Both the position numbers and the translations under genes were made by a program. Under the pieces are notes generated by a model, which did no database searches, had not been told where the DNA came from, and was given only the letters and a program-made list of their open reading frames with translations. This document shows positions 50,930-64,000 of a stretch of DNA of 64,000 bases, piece by piece. Source of the stretch: Tubulanus polymorphus (lineage: Eukaryota; Animalia; Nemertea); assembly GCF_964204645.1 (NCBI RefSeq), contig NC_134030.1:4816778-4880777 (forward strand), given 5' to 3'. Positions within the stretch are counted from its first letter, which is position 1; every line of letters begins with the position of its first letter.

Positions 50930-53900
50930 GAAACCGAAGTCAAAATGTACCAAATAACCCGCTTGAAAAACAACATTTAGTTGCAATATAGAATATGAAA
51001 TATTTCAAACTGTTGTATGACTTCATCGTGGCCAATAAGGTACACAGTCACATGAATAGGTTTCATTGTACTAACAATAGACCAGTCTAGGATTTATGCT
51101 TCATCGCTTTTGGATTAAAGTTATGACTGTGCAACTGAGAGACTTACGTACCGGTACCTATGTATATTTTACAAAAACAATCAAGGGTTTGTGGTCTCGC
51201 GGCCTATTAGTTTCCTGATGAAATATTCAAATTAACCTTATTGATTCTTAATAATATATCATATTATTCATTGGCAATATATGTGTTATTTTTCTTCAAG
51301 GCGCCAATTAACTTTCAATTCAGTTTTCTCGTTATAATGAGGGTCACGATCCATGGTGCATGACAATGAACAGTCCTGATGACGTAGACCTCTGTGTACC
51401 ATCATTCACTTCTTGAACGCCGAAACAACAAGGAAACCTTTTTTAGAGATACATCGTTCGTTTGTTTATTTGTTGACTGAGATAGAACATAATGTATTTA
51501 TACGTATATTAATATGTACAAGATTCACCCGACAATATAAATTTACAATCCAATAAATCTAATAATAATAATTATTATATAATAATAATAATAATAATGA
51601 TAATAATAATAAAGAATTCACAAAAAGATGATGAGTGCACGTAACCAACAAATGTTACGAATAAAAACCTACTTCTTACAACACTCGCAAAATAAAATTT
51701 ATCTCTACAAATAAATTAAGTTATTTCCCCATAATATCTAAAATGCACTTAGCAATATCAGTGAATATGTTTTACCACATTCAAAATGTACGCAAATACT
51801 TCTTGATCCTTTTGATATATGCGTGCCAAAACAGTTTTCAATTACTTTGAAGCACAGGATAAGACATTACCTTTCAAAAGCGAAATTCTAATTCAGAAAT
51901 AAGTTAAATACTACCAAATCAGTCACAGTTCGGGAAATTGGGTGAGAGCGATGTTGAGAAAAATATACACATCCATCGCAATTCAAAACTCAAACTACAT
52001 TCAATGAAATGTAGTCCACTCGCGATAATCTTATGCCGTTGTATTACATAAAGCACCAAGAGCAATTTTCACAGAATCTCTATACATCATTATATCTAAT
52101 AATCTATTCATCAGAACCGTTCGCAGTTAGTTAACTAGTAATCAAAATATTACCTAATTCGATTTTTAACCAGATCTCTTTTTTTTCATTTTTGATTACG
52201 CTTCATTTTTTCAAATCTTTATAAGAAGATATAATATAGTTTACATATACGGTGTAGAAACACTATTATCATTACGTTGCTCAGGCATTTCAACATATAT
52301 ACGTATCAAGTTTTTATGTAGGGTTGATCGTTCACGCATCCAAAAATATTCCTATAAAATTACAGTAGAGTGCTTCATTCATCAAAAAGTCGAGAATTTC
52401 ATCGTAAGAAAAATCAAAATAAATAGTGAATTATACATTATGATATTATTTTCTGTCTAGAAAATCATTCGGTACAAAAATTACGCGACTTAAATTATGT
52501 TCATCATTTTCTTATTTTCAAACAGCCACCATTATGTAAAATCTAACACTGAGCAAAATGCAAAAGTTGACACATGTAATCAATTACTACTATTACAAAA
52601 TAAATCTCAAAATGCAATATCGAATTCTGTTTGTTCTCGTAGAGAATGAAAATTAAGTTTCGTTTGACTGTTGCTATTATGTGTGTGCCAGTTCAACTAA
52701 TTGCTTTCAATCCTATGAAACCATAAAATGCGAAAGATTTTCATGTTTGTTTTTCCTCATAATCTTTCCTTAAAGCATTGATTTTGTTTGATGTTGCAAA
52801 TTTGATCATTCACTTGTTTGGTATTTAGGTATGAAACATGTTGTGGTATTCAAATAAACTATGAACAGTAGACTCTGCTTGCCACTGATCTCACAGGATC
52901 AAGGAATTCTCTCGCGAGGTATCAACTCCGGGTTTGACCGAGTCTTCTATATTAGGAATTCTCGGATGAATAAAATTTGTTACCTCAATCGCATTCAATA
53001 CTTCAAATTGAGGAATTTTCACAGATGATTCGAATTTGAATAAGTAGGTCATAGATGGCAATACAATATATTCTAATCTTTTTTTCAACATGATATCTGC
53101 CAAAATATACAATACAGAAATCAATTACTGGCACCGGAAGAATGAAGAATAGCGAATCCTTCGTTGTACATTTTCATGTACCGCGCGTAAAAAAAATCTA
53201 TGCACGTTTCAAATTAAGATATACATTTATTTAAACACAATAGTAAATTCGAAGTATCTTTTTATCATTGAAGTACGTAAGTATATTATGCCAGTTTCAC
53301 ACGCACACAAACTGTACAAAGATATATTCATAGAGAAATTCATGAGATTTCGTTCCTGTCTTCGCTTCATTCGTTTTCAATTTGTTAATTACAGTTGCAA
53401 TGTTTTGTGCACATCTGAATGCTCGCACTGCTAAGAGAGCCAGGCGTAATAATGAATGTAGGTGTCATAAGTTGTGAGTTCACATTCTAAACAACAACAA
53501 TAACAGAGCAATACGGCAATGATACCGAAATACTTTTTGAAATATTTCTTCAAGCGACTGAAAGCCAAAAGCAGACATACTACGTGTGCATGATTGGAAA
53601 TTTCAACTTTTAATCTACAAGTTTATGACTAAAACGTCAACTTGCAGAGTGTCAAATAAATTGTTGTTTCACGTGAACATCATTCTTACACCTCTTAGCA
53701 TCTATAGACAGTAAAACATGCGTCTATAATCATCCCCCATCATTCATAGATGGAAAGAGTATCAACTGTAATTTATTCAATAGCAGTTTTTTAAACTATA
53801 TACAATCTATATATTGTCATAGCGACGAATTAAACAAGAATACATACAACTTAGCGCGAAATCAATAGCATAGCGCTGCCACTGGTAGCCATAGCAACCC

Positions 53901-54866
53901 GGGAACCAGGGGCACTCTAAATTGAAGAATTATCATTTAACATTTTATCTTTATACAACCTAAAACATCTTATAAGCAACAGGCCCCGTCATTCTGAGTA
54001 TTTCTTCCTTTTAGTTATTTTCACAGTTCTATGACGCTTTGCAGCTATTTTCGTTTCTCGTTCGAAAGTTCAAAAAAAATTCATCTCGAATGAACTTCGG
54101 AATAATCTACACAATACAGGTGCTATGGCCACCGGAAAAAACTGCTTTTTCACATATTCAGTTGTTACTGAGACAATCAGTCCACAATCGTTGGTCTACG
54201 CACTTATTCGCATTTATTTACCTACGGAAATGGTTACAACAAAGTTCATCATCGCACGCGTGCCCTTCATCCGGCAGAAAATAATCCACACCACGAAACA
54301 ACAACTTATAGAGCTATAATAATTATGTAAAACTGTTGCTAAGAACAGACAAACTTATCGCTTATCCTTTCCCATATTTTCATATATTTTTTGCGTATAC
54401 ATATATGTATATATACAGTACAATTATAAGTTCCCGTTTCTTTCATTTAAATACACATCGAAAATTTGACAATGAGAATATCGATTCTAGCAAAAAGTCA
54501 TGATGAGATCTGTTGTAGAAGCTGAAGAGCTCCGCGTTTTTGAGGCTTTTTTTGTCATTTCCTTAGGTTATTGTATTACGAATGACGCGATAAAGTTTCA
54601 ACGTGCTTCACGTCGCGCAGCACATTTTGAACGTAGGTAGCACTTCGGTTTCTTCGGTCGTGCGATGATTTGTCGTTGCCCGTTTCCAGTGCGTACGGTT
54701 GAAATTGTCATTGCTTCGTATCTCGGAGCGTTTATGTTTTTCTATCACATTGTCACGGTGTTTAGACCAGAATTGCACATTAAAGATTCTCGGTGACTTG
54801 GTCACCTTCGTATACGTATTATATATCCACACTCGTGTACACAGCTATTCATCCAGATTCCATCTC

Positions 54867-57800
54867 TCATACTATCGGCGTCTGCAAAAAAAAATCAGAG
54901 CTAGTTTTAGGAATATTCTTCTAGAAGATTTTTGATTCATATGAACTTTTTCTAAACGTCTACCATTAGGACTATGAAGAAATCTTAAGGATTTGTAAAA
55001 CAGGGGCTGTATTTCAGCCGAAGGCTCAAATAGGTCACGTTCTGTTCCACTATAGAAGAATTTCATCCGATAATTAAGGTATTAGAAATCGAGCTAAAAG
55101 GTTCAGTCATCCTAAAATGAACAACCAGAGGATTTTGGCCCAGTACAAATGATATCATATACCACACCGACCAGATTCACATATAACTTACATCGCCCAA
55201 TGGATCCAATGTATTATATGGATGATGTGGATCTCTTTGCGGATCGAATGTGTCATAAATATGCTCTTCGGGGTGCGTACGAGTCTCACTATCGCTCAGA
55301 TAATTCGGATTACTGCCGACGTGATGATTACGCTGATTTTTCTTAGGTCGGCCGGTTGTCGCGCACATACGCTGGTTCATGTTCATGTTGTTCATGGGAA
55401 AGTTTGGCCGGTGATAAGTAGGGAGATCGCCTGCAATATACGAAAATATCAACATTACAGCTTATCATCGATATAGCGTAACCGGAATTGATATCAATTG
55501 TGGAACTAAATAAATCACGGATAAATTGAAATAAACGATTCAGTATAAAATAATTCCACAATTGATAACACAGTAAACCTCTTCTTACTTGGATTTGATC
55601 AACTCAGACTTTTGACTAACTCGGACAAAAAAAAAGAAAACAGAAATCATTTTTCTGACTTCCTAACATATTGGACTTAGCCCTTAGCTCAGACCAATTT
55701 TGCAGGTCCCAGTTTGTCCGAGCTAGGCGAGGTTTACTGTACCTGGTATATGAAAAGTCTTTTTTATATACCGGTGCCATCGATTGTGGTATGATTTATC
55801 AACTCCTAAAACTGAGAAACCCTCAGTCTACCAGTCAATATAGTAGAAATTAAAAAATTTTATCATTCACAAACTGAGTAACGCCTAACTGAATAACACA
55901 GATAATTGGAAACTAAATCAACTAATCACCTATGTTTTAAAGCTCATCTGTCATTATCCTATTGAACTTTAAATTATATCTTTATCAAAACAAAAGGTAA
56001 TAATAATACAGGCATATATGTATATATAAAAACAGACGCACACAAAAATATTCTTTTTTCAATTCTGTTTTATAGATTAAACGAATTCGGCTAAACTTTC
56101 TCTTACGGTACTTCTTCGATGTAATGTATCAATAGAAATTAACACAATCATGCAAAAACGTAATATAGAGGACACACATGCTGAGCAGTTTGAAATGTGA
56201 CCTACGTTGATAGGGGTGTATCTTACCCTGAGCGTGGGCAGGATGTTGTTGCAGTGACGATGGTGGTTTATTCATGTCGTTTAACTCGCGCGGAGATGGA
56301 TGACTGCCGTTACGTTCTGGAGGCATCGGAGGCATTCGATGTGTATCACTGCCACTACCCTGATCACTACCGCGTCGTGGACCGTACTTCATTGCTGTAA
56401 ATAATTGACAAATAAGATTCCTTAAGCATTTTCGAAACAAATTCAGAAATGCTCACTGATAATGACTAACAGAAGCCAACTCCTGGGCTTTAGACAAACT
56501 ACTTGAGAGACTTGACTTATTGTGTCTGGCTACCCTCTACAGGGCGGCCACTTTCCATCTCTTTACTAATTCCCAGAGTTTTCCATGACTTTTCATGTTA
56601 TGGTACAAAATACCCTGAGTGAACCAGAAAAATGTCTTGGATTTGAATGTTAAAATTCATTCATTTGTTCTGAATCAAGTATTGATAAAGAAACACGTGA
56701 TCAATGAAATTATCCAAATTCACTGAGTTTTTCAGGTTTTTGGTAAAATTTGTCAAATTCCTTGAGTTTCGCAGATTTTTTCTAAATTTTTCTGATTCCC
56801 TGAGTTTTCCAAGTAAGTAGCCACCCCGGTCTATTCTAGCTATTGGCGTACCTTGTTCCTGCAATTGTTTTTTTCGTTGAGATTTAGGGTAAGGTTTATG
56901 AGGTGGCACGGCGCTATAGTTACTGTCCGTGCTGTAAGGTGATTGCGGTCGTTTGGCGCGTTCACGATGTCGATGCTGACGACGTGCTGAAACCAAACAG
57001 AAAAATAAACGTGCAAATAAAACCCGGTGACTTAAAAGAAAAAAGTATTCTAGAAACCATTCGAGCTTCAATTCTCCAATATCTAATGATAAATTCCTCA
57101 ACCGAGTTCAAATCGAGAAATCAAAAATTCCGATGAGATAAAATATTGTCGATGGAAACAACCGATACAAGTAGACAACGTTTCTGATGTTATATACTTA
57201 AAAACAAACATTTTGTCAATGAATTAAGCCATTCGTAAGTAGAAAATAATCATCAACAAGTTGCAAATTTGAAATAGATTTGATAGACATAAAATGGAAC
57301 TAATGATAAATTGTTCGCATGCAAGTCAGGTCGATATTAACACCATGCACTTGAGAGGAACTATTCAAGCAAAGCCAGCACACAGATATCTACAAATAAC
57401 GCTAATGCCTAACCCCTCTCACAAAGAAATGAATACCGGTAATTATCACTTCGGCATCAATTCAGGGTATTCCTATATGGTGGTTTCGAAATCGGATCCA
57501 ACGCAGGGGATGGTTTGGGAATGAAGGGGAGGGCTGGTTACTTACGTTTATTATTTTGTTGATTCTCGGCAGGTGTCACCGTCGAACCAACAACAGTTAG
57601 ACCAGAGAGCTCCGCGGCCTTGGCGACGGCAGTGGCAAAGTCTGCCTCGGTTAGGAATGATCCGTCACTCGAGCTAGCCAAACTTGAGCGTGCACTAGGT
57701 ACATCAGAGTTACTATTGTCAGTCACGCTAGCCCAAGATGCCATCATAGACCCTGCAAAACAATAATCACTCGATGCCTAACAACTACTTTATATAGACG

Positions 57801-60800
57801 ACAGTATACTATAGTACAGCACACACCCTGTCACTGATTCCCAAACAGACCCCGTACAAACAAGTAATATTTCTCCCAGTAATACATTATATGATTATTC
57901 CCCCACACCATTCATTATAAAAGGTACAGTACTCCTCCTTAGATATTACATACAGTATTTAAGCGATTAACTGAACATGCTAATCTTTTGCCATGCAGAA
58001 ATCAAAGTTGTTTAATATCCAATCGTAGCAATGAGTTCATATCGACCATTCTAATATGTATGGCCAACTCGCAAAGAAAGCTTTCACAGCATAGAAAAAC
58101 ACCTGGATGATTCAGCCTACTCACCATCAACAATATCGCCCCCTATACTTGACTCGGGTGAGCGGTGTTGTTGCTCGACATCAGATTCTCCGACATACTC
58201 CGGCATTCCCTCCGATACAGGTGATTCCCGTCCATTATAACCAACATCGACGCATAAATGTGGTCCATTCGGTGTACATTCTAACCTATAAACAAACAAA
58301 ACATGAAATACATTACGTTACATGATGTTAGCCATTATTATACCATATTTTTTAGAATAGGTCCGTTCTAAACTATAGAATGGACCATTTCTCTGTGTGT
58401 GAAAAGAAAATTTGCGTTAATTGCCTTTCAATCGACGGTGCATTTAGTTGGACCAGTGAAAAACAGCGGATTTTAAAACATGTATGAATGGACAGCATTA
58501 ATTTGGTCCATTCTAATGGTCCAGGTACTGGCGTAATCAGAATGGACTAACTGGCAATAGTATGGATGTGGCTGCATTTCACGCATTTTGATTCAACTAA
58601 ACTATATCTTACCTAGCCTGAGGTGAATGCATACATTCACTAGCTATACTGGGTAGTGAAGACTGTATACCTCGATCCATCAGAGCTCCTTCAGGTGAAA
58701 CATGCTGAGGTATTGCTGCATACATTCCACGTGACGGGCCTCTCTCCGTATCACTCATACGACGCGGGCACTCGTCCGTCGGTAAAACTTTATACCCGCG
58801 ATACGGACCAGAATTACAAGTGCCGCCATTTTCACAGTTCATATAATTATTCGGGTTTCGCGGCGACTGAACGCGATTCGCAGTTCCGTCGTTGTAATTA
58901 CGCGGTGACTGAGTCCGACGCGGGTCGTTATAATCTTGAGGCCAGTTACGACCTTTCGGCGACAGGGAACGCCGATCGTTTTCGGACATGTTTCTCGGCG
59001 GCGTCGGCAGTCGATCCTGCGGGCATCGATACGAGCCGGTACGCGACTGCGACGAAATCGGACTGCGTTGCATCGCGCGGTTACGATCGTTGAACCGCGT
59101 CGCCGGCGATTCGCAGCGTTGATGCGTCGGTGAATCCGGAGGCGTTCCTACGTCGCTCGGAGGAGGGTGCTCCGGCGGAGGCGGCAAGAAATCGGCGAAA
59201 TTTAGAACGGGATTTTTCGGTGGCTGCGCGTATTGAGGAGGCATTTTACGTTTTATAGGAATTCCATTTTCATCTAAAATGTTCAAAACATACATATGTA
59301 CATACACGTTATTACCTGAAGTACAATTTCATTTGACAGTACTCAATAATACAAACCTATTATGTAACTTCCATTATCACTGATCGGACTGTTGGCATCC
59401 ATTGGCATGTGCTCTGAAACGAAAAAACGTTGTAAGTTTGTCAAAACACATGGTTTTATGTTAATGGTCATAATGCCACAACCCAGTTCCACGGTCATGA
59501 GTAAAGATTTGACTAAGAGTGATCTAATAATGAACTAATTAAACCATCCAGTTATCAGGTACCAGAGAACCATGGAACCAGGTCCTCATCAATACTAATT
59601 TCAACACACTAATAGCGCACCAGCATTGAATAATGTTATTTATATCAATGGAAAATAATGATGATGTCGTGGCTATAAGCACTATTACAGAATTATCTGC
59701 AAGCAAATGAACTGGTTAAAACGTGATTAGAATGTGTTGTTGAGGAAAAGGATATCTTTGTGAATTTTTTTATTTCTAAATCAATCATAACATCAATCTA
59801 CCCATGATTTTATAGCTGCCATTCAACCGGATGATGAAAGTCTTTCGGTAAGATTATCAAACATTTTTCTTTCAAAGCGTCACATATTCTATATGTAACG
59901 CTATTGTTGCTCAGGGGATTGCTGTATCTTCACAGGAGATCAAAAAGCAGCACCACTTCACAAAGAAATGCGACTGGAACTGGAATTTACCAGCTGCCAG
60001 AACCAAGGCACCAACTATCATACATTAATAGTGAAAATCTGTACTATGAAGTGGAAGCATTCACTGATTCAGTTCGTCAGGGTAAGCAAAGCAATTTTGG
60101 TTACACAGGAAGCTGATGAAAAAATGCACTTCAAACTTTTGGTAATTTTTCAGGTGAACTGGAGCATCCATTAATCACACATCCCGATAGCTTAATGAAT
60201 GCCGAAATTTTAGATGATTGTAGGAGACAGATGAGCGTAGTTTTTGATGATGATCATTGCTTTTTCAAACAGAATGAAGCGTGCGAAAGCTTTTGTTTTA
60301 AGCATGTTTTTATACAATGTTCAGTTTAATAGGTTAATAAAGGCTTGAAGCAGCTGGGTTATTGTGTTACCTGCGTAATAAACATTCTCAGGCATGATGA
60401 GCATACCCGTACCAGTATTTGGCCGGCTATTATCGGAATTAGAATCGCCCATATCCTGTTTCACGCAGCTGTCACTCGAATTACTCTTCTGTTGAATATA
60501 ACCTTTCTGTATAGGTGTAAATGCCGAGCCAGAATTCTGAAAAAAGATAACGAAATATTTGAATATTAGAATCGAAAAAAAATCATAAAAGATATTCATT
60601 TCATCTATTACAATCTGAGGGAGCATCTAAGAATGTCCGGGAAGTGTGACTCCCCAGGAGTATGAATTCAGCTGAGTACAGTAGCGATGTTAGACGTAAT
60701 GGACCATGCTGACAAGGAGACTGTCCGAGTACTTCAAATGCCAAAAAATGATGTTAGAACTCAGCTGAGCGTAATTGTAGTAATAGATGAAATGGACTGC

Positions 60801-63800
60801 CACAAAATATGTACCTGTTTATTGATAATATTATTGCTGTTGACGAGAGTAGTTGTCGCGTATGGTGCGACCGGAGGCAATATCGCGTTGTTTTTATTGT
60901 AGAATGTTTTCATATGGGTCAACGTGCCACAGTTTTGATTATACATGTTATCCTCCATGTTCTGATTCATACGTTTATCGAGTATGTTCGTTATGTCCGG
61001 TTGTTGTACGGCTATCGGTCGAGGTATCGTCGCTGTAAGAAGAAAAACAATTCATAATGTAACTCCATACTAATAAACCAGTCCTCTTTACCAGGGCGGC
61101 CACTTCCCACCTATCTATGAAGTCCCTGAATTTTCCCTGATTTTTTTTGGTTTAAATGGTTTAAAATGTTATCATTTATTCATTTTTCATAAAAAAAATG
61201 CGTGGTCAATACAATATCTGAATTCCCCGAGGTTTCCAGTTTTTGTTAAAATTTGTCAAATTCCCTGAGTTTTCCGACTTTTTCCATTTTCCTAAGGTTA
61301 GTGGCCACCCTGTTTACTGGTATGACAAGGTCAGTGGCCACCCTGTTTACTGGTATGACAAGGTCAGTGGCCACCATTTACTGGTATGACAAGGTCAGTG
61401 GCCACCCTGTTTACTGGTATGCCAAGGTCAGTGGCCACCCTGTTTACTGGTATGACAAGGTCAGTGGCCACCATTTACTGGTATGACAAGGTCAGTGGCC
61501 ACCCTGTTTACTGGTATGACAAGGTCAGTGGCCACCCTGTTTACTGGTATGAATAACTCAGTTTACTCTGGAATAGATTCTTTTCTAATACATACTTTGA
61601 TCGTCTTTTCGCCCGTAACCATCCACTAAATGATGATGTGTTTCATCCACTTTATGCACTAGAAAAGATTGAGAGAGATTCAGTTACAAGATGCAAGATA
61701 ACGAATGAAGAACAACGAGCGAAGTAAATCCCGATTCATTCGTAGCTCTTGAAATTTCCTGTTTTCAGGAGGAAATACGATCTAGAAAACGATTTGTTAA
61801 GAACGTCTAAAAGCTTACTTGTCATGGCACCTTTGATCATCTTACGTCTGGCTTGTCGTTTTTTGTAGAGCCAGATACTAAACACGCACAGCGCAAACCA
61901 CAGAGTACCTCCGATTGTTCCGATAAGAGTCGCGATGAACCAGGGCTCTTTCACAAATCCCTGTACGAGGCTTTGAGACTCAGAACCACCTGTAAATGCA
62001 TACATTCGTCAAATAAGTTGATGCAAGATATGAATTGATGCGTAGGCCTTTAGTGACATTATCAATTGAAGTGCCTGAAGCAGCGGGTGAATTAACAAGT
62101 GCATAACATGGAATATGTTGTGAAATAGATCACATTTAAACAGAAAAACCAGCATGAAAAATGACACATTTTACACATGTGTATATGAAATACATATTTT
62201 TGAAAATAAAGAGTCATGCAAACATGCCATAGTTGTGAAGGAAGCCTGCACCATTCTCTTGAGTTAGCAAGTTACTGAACACTGGTCAACCTTAGCATTG
62301 GTACTATTTGGAACTGTGTGAGGGTCATATCATAATTATATAAAGGGCATCTATGGAATGTGGCAGCCTGGTTGATTTAAAGACTACTACAGGATAAAGA
62401 AGGCTTTCTGCCTGAATTGATATCACCAGTTCAAAAAAGTATTTGTAGCGTCTTGGGGAGGGGGATTTTGGGCATATTTGTACGTTGCAAAAGGATATGA
62501 CCAGAAGAACATTGACTTCGTACTGCATGAGAACTAATTCAAGAATAACATAAAACATCGAAAGAAATAGAAAGCAAGCGAAAAGAAGAAATATATCACG
62601 AGTAAATGTGAAAACATAAAATAAAACGGCAACTCACTGGTATTACGTGTAGCGATAATAGGATATTTCAGAGCACAAGTCATGCCCGTGATCGGACATT
62701 GTGAAGATTCTGTTAAACAATAGACCACATAAATGAAATATATCATACGTAATATGATTGATGATTTCAAAAACCACTTAGTCAATAAAACCAAACTCTG
62801 ACATTGGAGAAGTTACAAACATTCATGTTCTACCAAAAGTCGATGTTGTTCATTCTTTTAAATATGCAAATATCAATTTTATTTTAGTTGCGTTCGCCAA
62901 TTATCTTGAGTTATGGTTTTATGGATGATCTCTAGGATTCTACATATCTATTCAAAGCAGCTCGGTGTTGAAATAAACTGGAACCAACAAACCAGATTCA
63001 CGAGCTGTCTATTATTGCTCAGCGAGCTACGTAATTCTGATTTCTTGATCAGGAAAATCAGAATAAAACACTATCATCTAAACAAATCACTAAAATCAGG
63101 ACAAACTGTTTTAGTTTCTAAATGACAGAACAAATTAGACGTCATAACCACGTATCCCATGCGTAGCAATGCAAGTAAAGCATATTCAGGCAAACAAAAT
63201 ATCTCAACGATTTCCAATCAGAAATATGAAATAAATACAAATAATGAAATACATATGGTCGTGAAAACTTATGTATGACAAACACCAAAAGAAGCAAAGT
63301 CGTAGAAAGTAATCAAAACAGTGACTGAAAATAGCCTTAAAAATGCTCATGCTTAAAAGCACATTGTAGGCCTATCACATCACATGAAGACACATGCAAG
63401 TAATACTACGGCAAAAGATTTCAAAAGTTGATTATCAAACTCAAACAGGCACGCATGCGCTCGCGTATCAATTTGCGATAAATTTGTGCAGCTTGAATAA
63501 GATAAAATACTCACCGAGAATAATAGGTTCACTTCTAACGCCAGGACCCATTCTAGTCTGAGCAGCTATATATATCTTATACTGTATGTCGGGATGTATG
63601 TTTTTCAGTAAGTGCTCGTGGGTCGTTTCACTAACTGTCGTATTCTGAGAATTTTTTGATGAGTTTCCGATACAGTAGACTTTGTAACCTTTCAGCACAC
63701 CATTGCGATGTTCTTTCGGAGGTGGTGCCCATGTTAGGACGACCGTTTGGTTGCGACCTTTCACAGCTCTGATATTTTGAGGAGGCATCGACGGCACTGA

Positions 63801-64000
63801 AAATTCGTAACATATTTCAAGTGTATTAATTTCGTATTTGGGAAATTTCCTCGCGGTCTTCGAAATAGGCGACTTACCATCCTCAAAGGTCTGTACACGA
63901 ACTGCGTTGCTCAGCTGTCCTTCGACCGTTAGATAAAACGGCTGAATTCGGATCTCGTACCATTTGTATTTCTTGAGATTCCTGAGCACGTACATCGTAG
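54867..64000 (-). CDS. robo: Roundabout (Robo) axon-guidance receptor, 5'-partial (last FN3 domains, TM, cytoplasmic tail)
   Basis: FN3 PSMPPQNI..LTWAPPPKEHRNGVLKGYKV; TM KEPWFIATLIGTIGGTLW; CC1 PVAPYATTTLV; CC2 NFADFLPPPPEHPPP; conserved SSDGSFLTEADFATAVAKAAE. Phase-compatible exons include >64000-63878, 63796-63515, 61989-61819, 61658-61596, 61032-60815, 60537-~60414, 59413-59357, 59273-~58613, ~58284-58125, ~57752-57546, ~56986-56851, ~56394-56227, 55430-55192 and 54881-54867. Confidence 0.93.
56540..56828. mobile_element. Intronic MITE, CAGGGYGGCCAC family (other copies or fragments at ~61092-61312, ~9650-9745, ~12268, ~12630-12700)
   Basis: Ends CAGGGCGGCCACT ... AGTAGCCACCCCG; internal ttccctgag/ttttcc sub-repeats shared among copies. 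Confidence 0.65.
59481..59587. mobile_element. Short MITE (CCCAGTTCCAC family; related fragments at ~9262 and ~17560)
   Basis: Left end ACCCAGTTCCACGGT versus right end ACCATGGAACCAGGT. Confidence 0.45.
61092..61312. mobile_element. Intronic MITE, CAGGGYGGCCAC family
   Basis: Terminal inverted repeats CAGGGCGGCCACT ... AGTGGCCACCCTG. Confidence 0.7.
61300..61551. repeat. 33/31-bp minisatellite, ~8 copies (GTGGCCACCCTGTTTACTGGTATGACAAGGTCA)
   Basis: Directly visible tandem repeats with no spacers. Confidence 0.95.

Larger units (their letters stand above)
32666..52566 (+). repeat. Tandem segmental duplication, period ~9.99 kb (unit 1 ~32.7-42.56 kb, unit 2 ~42.8-52.57 kb), each unit with a nested ~2.3-kb methyltransferase duplication
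   Basis: Offsets between homologous ATGs are 9989 (GPCR), 9990 (MT-A) and 9999 (MT-B). Intergenic DNA is near-identical. The junction at ~42559 joins the MT-B 3' flank to the GPCR 3' flank. Confidence 0.95.

Noticed and set aside
61300-61551. CRISPR-like array or repeat-protein ORF 61253-61486
   Set aside because: No spacers. It is an intronic VNTR and the ORF is a by-product of the repeat.
62325-62558. Alternative terminal exon yielding a secreted Robo ectodomain
   Set aside because: It is in frame after an AG, but the acceptor is weak and the peptide composition is unconvincing; insufficient support.

Overview
AT-rich, intron-containing animal genomic DNA; the gene content suggests a marine invertebrate, probably a lophotrochozoan (inference). 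From left to right the window holds: a tandem array of at least three nearly intronless ATP-grasp ligase genes (1-4877); YEATS2 (17 coding exons); an OLAH/type II thioesterase (minus) head-to-head with a TSPAN13/31 tetraspanin; a 29-bp minisatellite; an uncharacterised two-exon coiled-coil gene; a carbohydrate sulfotransferase; an intronless peptide-receptor-like GPCR; a ~10-kb tandemly duplicated cassette [truncated GPCR, GPCR, methyltransferase A, methyltransferase B] x2 containing four intronless, bacterial-looking HemK/PrmC-like methyltransferases; and the 3' half of a Roundabout (Robo) gene on the minus strand. Many short non-autonomous transposons are scattered throughout. The most notable observations are: (i) the amplified methyltransferase+GPCR cassette and the ATP-grasp array, which are candidate horizontally acquired small-molecule enzymes and may form a loose biosynthetic neighbourhood with the thioesterase and sulfotransferase; (ii) a duplicated, purifying-selected alternative last exon in the tetraspanin, with a 180-bp hairpin between the two exons; (iii) an in-frame 59-aa single-TM GPCR derivative showing only synonymous divergence from its nearest sister copy; (iv) a U12 intron, a GC-AG intron and a candidate juxtamembrane cassette exon in Robo. 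All gene models were built by hand from splice signals and remembered family motifs; no database searches were run.
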